A stretch of 47,021 nucleotides of DNA from Candidatus Diapherotrites archaeon CG10_big_fil_rev_8_21_14_0_10_31_34. Lineage in GTDB: Archaea > Iainarchaeota > Iainarchaeia > Iainarchaeales > 1-14-0-10-31-34. A program made the translations under genes and the position numbers. The stretch covers positions 1 through 47,021 of the forward strand of contig PFAI01000028.1 of NCBI GenBank assembly GCA_002763225.1, read 5' to 3'. The notes under the pieces were generated by a model that was not told the DNA's origin, made no database searches, and worked only from the letters and a program-made list of their open reading frames with translations. Of the stretch, positions 44,348 through 47,021 are shown piece after piece (within the stretch, counting starts at the first letter, position 1; each line of letters opens with the position of its first letter).

Positions 44348-44674
44348 ATGAAAAAAATAATTTTGGATTTGAAGAAAAATTTTATTCCATTTTTTAAATG
44401 CTATTCTGGAAAAGGGTTGTTGTTAGGAATTATTATTTCTCTTTTTTCGGTTTTTACTTTTTTTGAAGTTTTATTAGGTGCAGAAATTCCAACATTGGCT
44501 TTGCCTTTTATGCTTCTCGCATTTCCAGTTTTTTTGTTTGCATAAATTTTTCCTTTGAGTTTTAATCAATTGGAATTTAATTTGCAAGTCTTGTTTGTTG
44601 CTTTGGTTTATGTTATCTATTACACTCTACTTGGCTATATAGTAGGTTTAATTGTTCAAAAACTTAAGAAATAG
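44348..44674 (+). pseudogene. Small multi-TM membrane protein interrupted by an in-frame TAA (44543-44545)
   Basis: The frame continues past the stop as IFPLSFNQLEFNLQVLFVALVYVIYYTLLGYIVGLIVQKLKK*, ending 2 nt before the convergent rps10 stop. Confidence 0.6.
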
Positions 44675-44676
44675 TT

Positions 44677-44985
44677 TTAGTCTTTTAATTCGATTTCAAC
44701 GTGAACGTTTTCAGGGATTTCAACTCTCATTACTCTTCTGAGAGTTCTTTCGTCTGCTTCAATATCAATTAGTCTTTTATGGATTCTCATTTCCCATTTG
44801 TCAACTGATGCTGTTCCTCCGCCAGGCATTCCTTTTCTGGTAGGAACAGTTAATTTTTTTGTGGGCAAAGGAATGCTTCCTGAATGTTTTACTCCTGTTC
44901 TTTTTGCTACTTCCTTGATTTTTTCGCAAATATCTTCAAGTAACTTGTAATCCGGGCTTGTTATTTTTATTCTTGCTTTTTGCAT
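44677..44985 (-). CDS. rps10: 30S ribosomal protein S10
   Basis: KARIKI, SGSIPLPTK, WEMRIHKRLIDI. Confidence 0.98.
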   Translation of the reverse strand: MQKARIKITSPDYKLLEDICEKIKEVAKRTGVKHSGSIPLPTKKLTVPTRKGMPGGGTASVDKWEMRIHKRLIDIEADERTLRRVMRVEIPENVHVEIELKD

Positions 44986-45078
44986 TTAACCACTTTTTTT
45001 TCCTTTGCTTAAAAATAAAAAATATCTTTTTAAAAAAAACTTTAAAAAGATAAAAAAATGAAAGTAATTAATTTACTT

Positions 45079-46344
45079 TCATTTTGGAGTGATAGTTACT
45101 ATCATTCCAGCTGCAACTGTTTGTCCCATGTCTCTTATTGCAAACCTTCCTAACTGAGGAAATTTTTTGTATTCTTCTGCTGCTAAAGGTTTGGTTGGAA
45201 CAACTTTAATTATTGCTGCATCTCCTGTTTTCAAAAATTTTGGGTTTTCTTCTTTTACTGCACCTGTTTTTGGATCCAGTTTTTTTTGGATTTCAGTTAC
45301 AGTCATTGACATTTGAGCGGTATGCAAGTGGAATACCGGAGTGTAGTTAACTGGAATTGCTGTTGGATGATTTAATACAACAATTTGTGCAATAAATTCT
45401 TTTACTACTGTCGGAGGATCTTTTGTGTGTCCTGCAACATCTCCTCTTGCTACATCATTTCTTGAAATTCCTCTGACATTAAATCCAATGTTGTCTCCAG
45501 GAATTGCCTGAGGCAATTGTTCGTGGTGTGCTTCAACTGTTTTTACTTCACCGGTTTTGCCTGATGGCTCAAATATAATTGAGTCTCCTGGCTTGATTAT
45601 TCCTGTTTCAACTCTTCCAACCGGAACAGTTCCAACACCTTTAATGTTGTATACGTCTTGAATTGGAAGCCTTAATGGTTTGTCTGTTGGAAGTTTTGGT
45701 GCAGTTAATCCATCTAATAATTGCACTAATGTTTCTCCTTTATACCAAGACATGTTTTCTGATTTTTTTGCTACATTGTCTCCTACCCAAGCACTTAATG
45801 CAACAAATTTAACTGCATCTAATTTATATCCAATTCCTTGAAGTAATTTAGTCATTTCTTCTTTTACTTTATTGAATGAACTTTCTTCGTATTTTACTTC
45901 ATCCATTTTGTTTACTGCAATAATCATCTGTTTTAATCCCATTACTTGTGCCAAAAAAGCGTGTTCTTTTGTTTGAGGCTGTATTCCGTCTTTACAGCTT
46001 ACAACTAATACGGCTGCATCAGCTTGTGATGTTCCTGTAATCATGTTTTTTACAAAATCTTTGTGTCCTGGAGCATCAATTATAGTGAAAGAGTTTTTTG
46101 GTCCGTCAAATTTTTTGTATGCAACATCAATTGTTACTCCTCTTTCCCTTTCTTCTTTCAGGTTGTCCATCACATAAGCAAAAGCAAAAGTTCCTTTTCC
46201 TCTTTCTTCTGCTTCTTTTTGTAGTTTTCTGTAATCCTGTTCGCTTAATGACCCTGTGTCATACATTAGTCTTCCGACTAAAGTTGATTTTCCGTGGTCA
46301 ACGTGACCAATGAAAACCAAGTTAATGTGCGGCTTTTCTGCCAT
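45079..46344 (-). CDS. tuf: Elongation factor 1-alpha
   Basis: [46 protein letters not shown]. Confidence 0.99.
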   Translation of the reverse strand: MAEKPHINLVFIGHVDHGKSTLVGRLMYDTGSLSEQDYRKLQKEAEERGKGTFAFAYVMDNLKEERERGVTIDVAYKKFDGPKNSFTIIDAPGHKDFVKNMITGTSQADAAVLVVSCKDGIQPQTKEHAFLAQVMGLKQMIIAVNKMDEVKYEESSFNKVKEEMTKLLQGIGYKLDAVKFVALSAWVGDNVAKKSENMSWYKGETLVQLLDGLTAPKLPTDKPLRLPIQDVYNIKGVGTVPVGRVETGIIKPGDSIIFEPSGKTGEVKTVEAHHEQLPQAIPGDNIGFNVRGISRNDVARGDVAGHTKDPPTVVKEFIAQIVVLNHPTAIPVNYTPVFHLHTAQMSMTVTEIQKKLDPKTGAVKEENPKFLKTGDAAIIKVVPTKPLAAEEYKKFPQLGRFAIRDMGQTVAAGMIVTITPK

Positions 46345-46536
46345 TTAATACACCTCCAAGGTAAACATTCACTCTAATAAATGAATTTAAAAATTTTGTA
46401 AAAAAACACTTTTAAAGCTAAAAAATAGTGTCTTCTTCAATTATAATTCTTTAAAACAAAACCTATTTAAATGCTTTTATAAAGTGCTTTCCTGTAATAA
46501 CATAAAATTAAATTAAAGTTGAATCATATTTATTTC

Positions 46537-47021
46537 ATGCCGTCTGCGATTAAAATTCCCAAAAAAATAAGGCCTAAGAAAAGAGTTATAATTAAAGGAA
46601 TTCCTTTGAATATTGAAAAAATTGCTTTGTCAGTTAAATTTAATCCACGCATTGTCGCGAAGCAAAAAGAAATTACTAAAAAAACCGGTTATACTTTGAA
46701 TGATTTTATGACAGCTTATTCCAGGCCAAAAACAGTTGGTTCAGAAGGGTTTTTGACTTGGAGTGTTATGCCTAAAGCTGATGCAGGAAATGAAAGAGTA
46801 ATTCTTGTCGGAGGCGTTGCTGTTCCTTCTCATAAAAGAAGAAAAGGAATTAGAGTTGCTTTGCAAAGAGAATTGTTTAAGCAAATTTATTCAAGGTTTG
46901 GAGAATTAATTAAAAAAGATAAAAATGTTTTTATTCAAACACAAATTTCAGCTAAAGACAATGTCTCTTTAAAGACTCTTCAAAAACGGTTAGGTTATGC
47001 TATTTTCAAACAATTTCCTGA
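46537..47021 (+). CDS. Probable GNAT-family acetyltransferase, truncated by the window end (absent from the ORF track)
   Basis: Open frame from ATG 46537: MPSAIKIPKKIRPKKR...VGGVAVPSHKRRKGIRVAL...NVSLKTLQKRLGY. Confidence 0.65.
   Translation, partial: MPSAIKIPKKIRPKKRVIIKGIPLNIEKIALSVKFNPRIVAKQKEITKKTGYTLNDFMTAYSRPKTVGSEGFLTWSVMPKADAGNERVILVGGVAVPSHKRRKGIRVALQRELFKQIYSRFGELIKKDKNVFIQTQISAKDNVSLKTLQKRLGYAIFKQFP

Noticed and set aside
1663..46313. Dozens of plus-strand Phe/Leu/Ser-rich ORFs in the track (and minus ORFs 27129-27326, 43208-43429)
   Set aside because: Antisense or off-frame shadows of A-rich conserved genes, with no recognisable motifs

Overview
AT-rich archaeal chromosome segment, probably from a reduced DPANN-type lineage (inferred from gene content and gene loss; no phylogeny was run). 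Nearly all real genes are on the minus strand and form the archaeal translation/transcription superoperon. EF-1a-S10 and archease-RtcB (504-aa LAGLIDADG intein) are followed by a large repeat-rich surface protein split by an assembly gap. Next is the fused S10/spc/alpha ribosomal cluster (L3...SecY...S13-S4-S11-RpoD-tRNA-Leu-L18e-L13-S9-RpoN-S2). The rest is MEMO1, IDI-2, a TrmB-like regulator, GluRS, L7Ae-S28e-L24e-Ndk-Dut-aIF5B-S6e-aIF2g-PIN-RpoE'-Spt4-S24e-S27ae, a CPBP protease, Sua5 and Kae1. The most unusual signal is non-coding. A ~27-bp palindrome (TTTTGAT-N-AAACTTTT-N3-AAAAGTTT) occurs at least 16 times, with compensatory changes, in spacers, inside the tRNA-Leu intron and inside the non-conserved termini of Sua5, RpoE', S9, S3 and L29. 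It is associated with modular GC-rich multi-hairpin elements (two 124-bp near-identical copies plus two variants) that resemble REP/BIME elements. Other points of interest are a stop-interrupted LAGLIDADG-HTH gene, a membrane protein with beta-defensin-like Cys spacing, a Cmk homologue with a degenerate P-loop and a double k-turn in the rpl7ae leader. The supplied ORF track gives the wrong strand for MscS (it is on +) and misses L14e, S14 and a partial GNAT gene.
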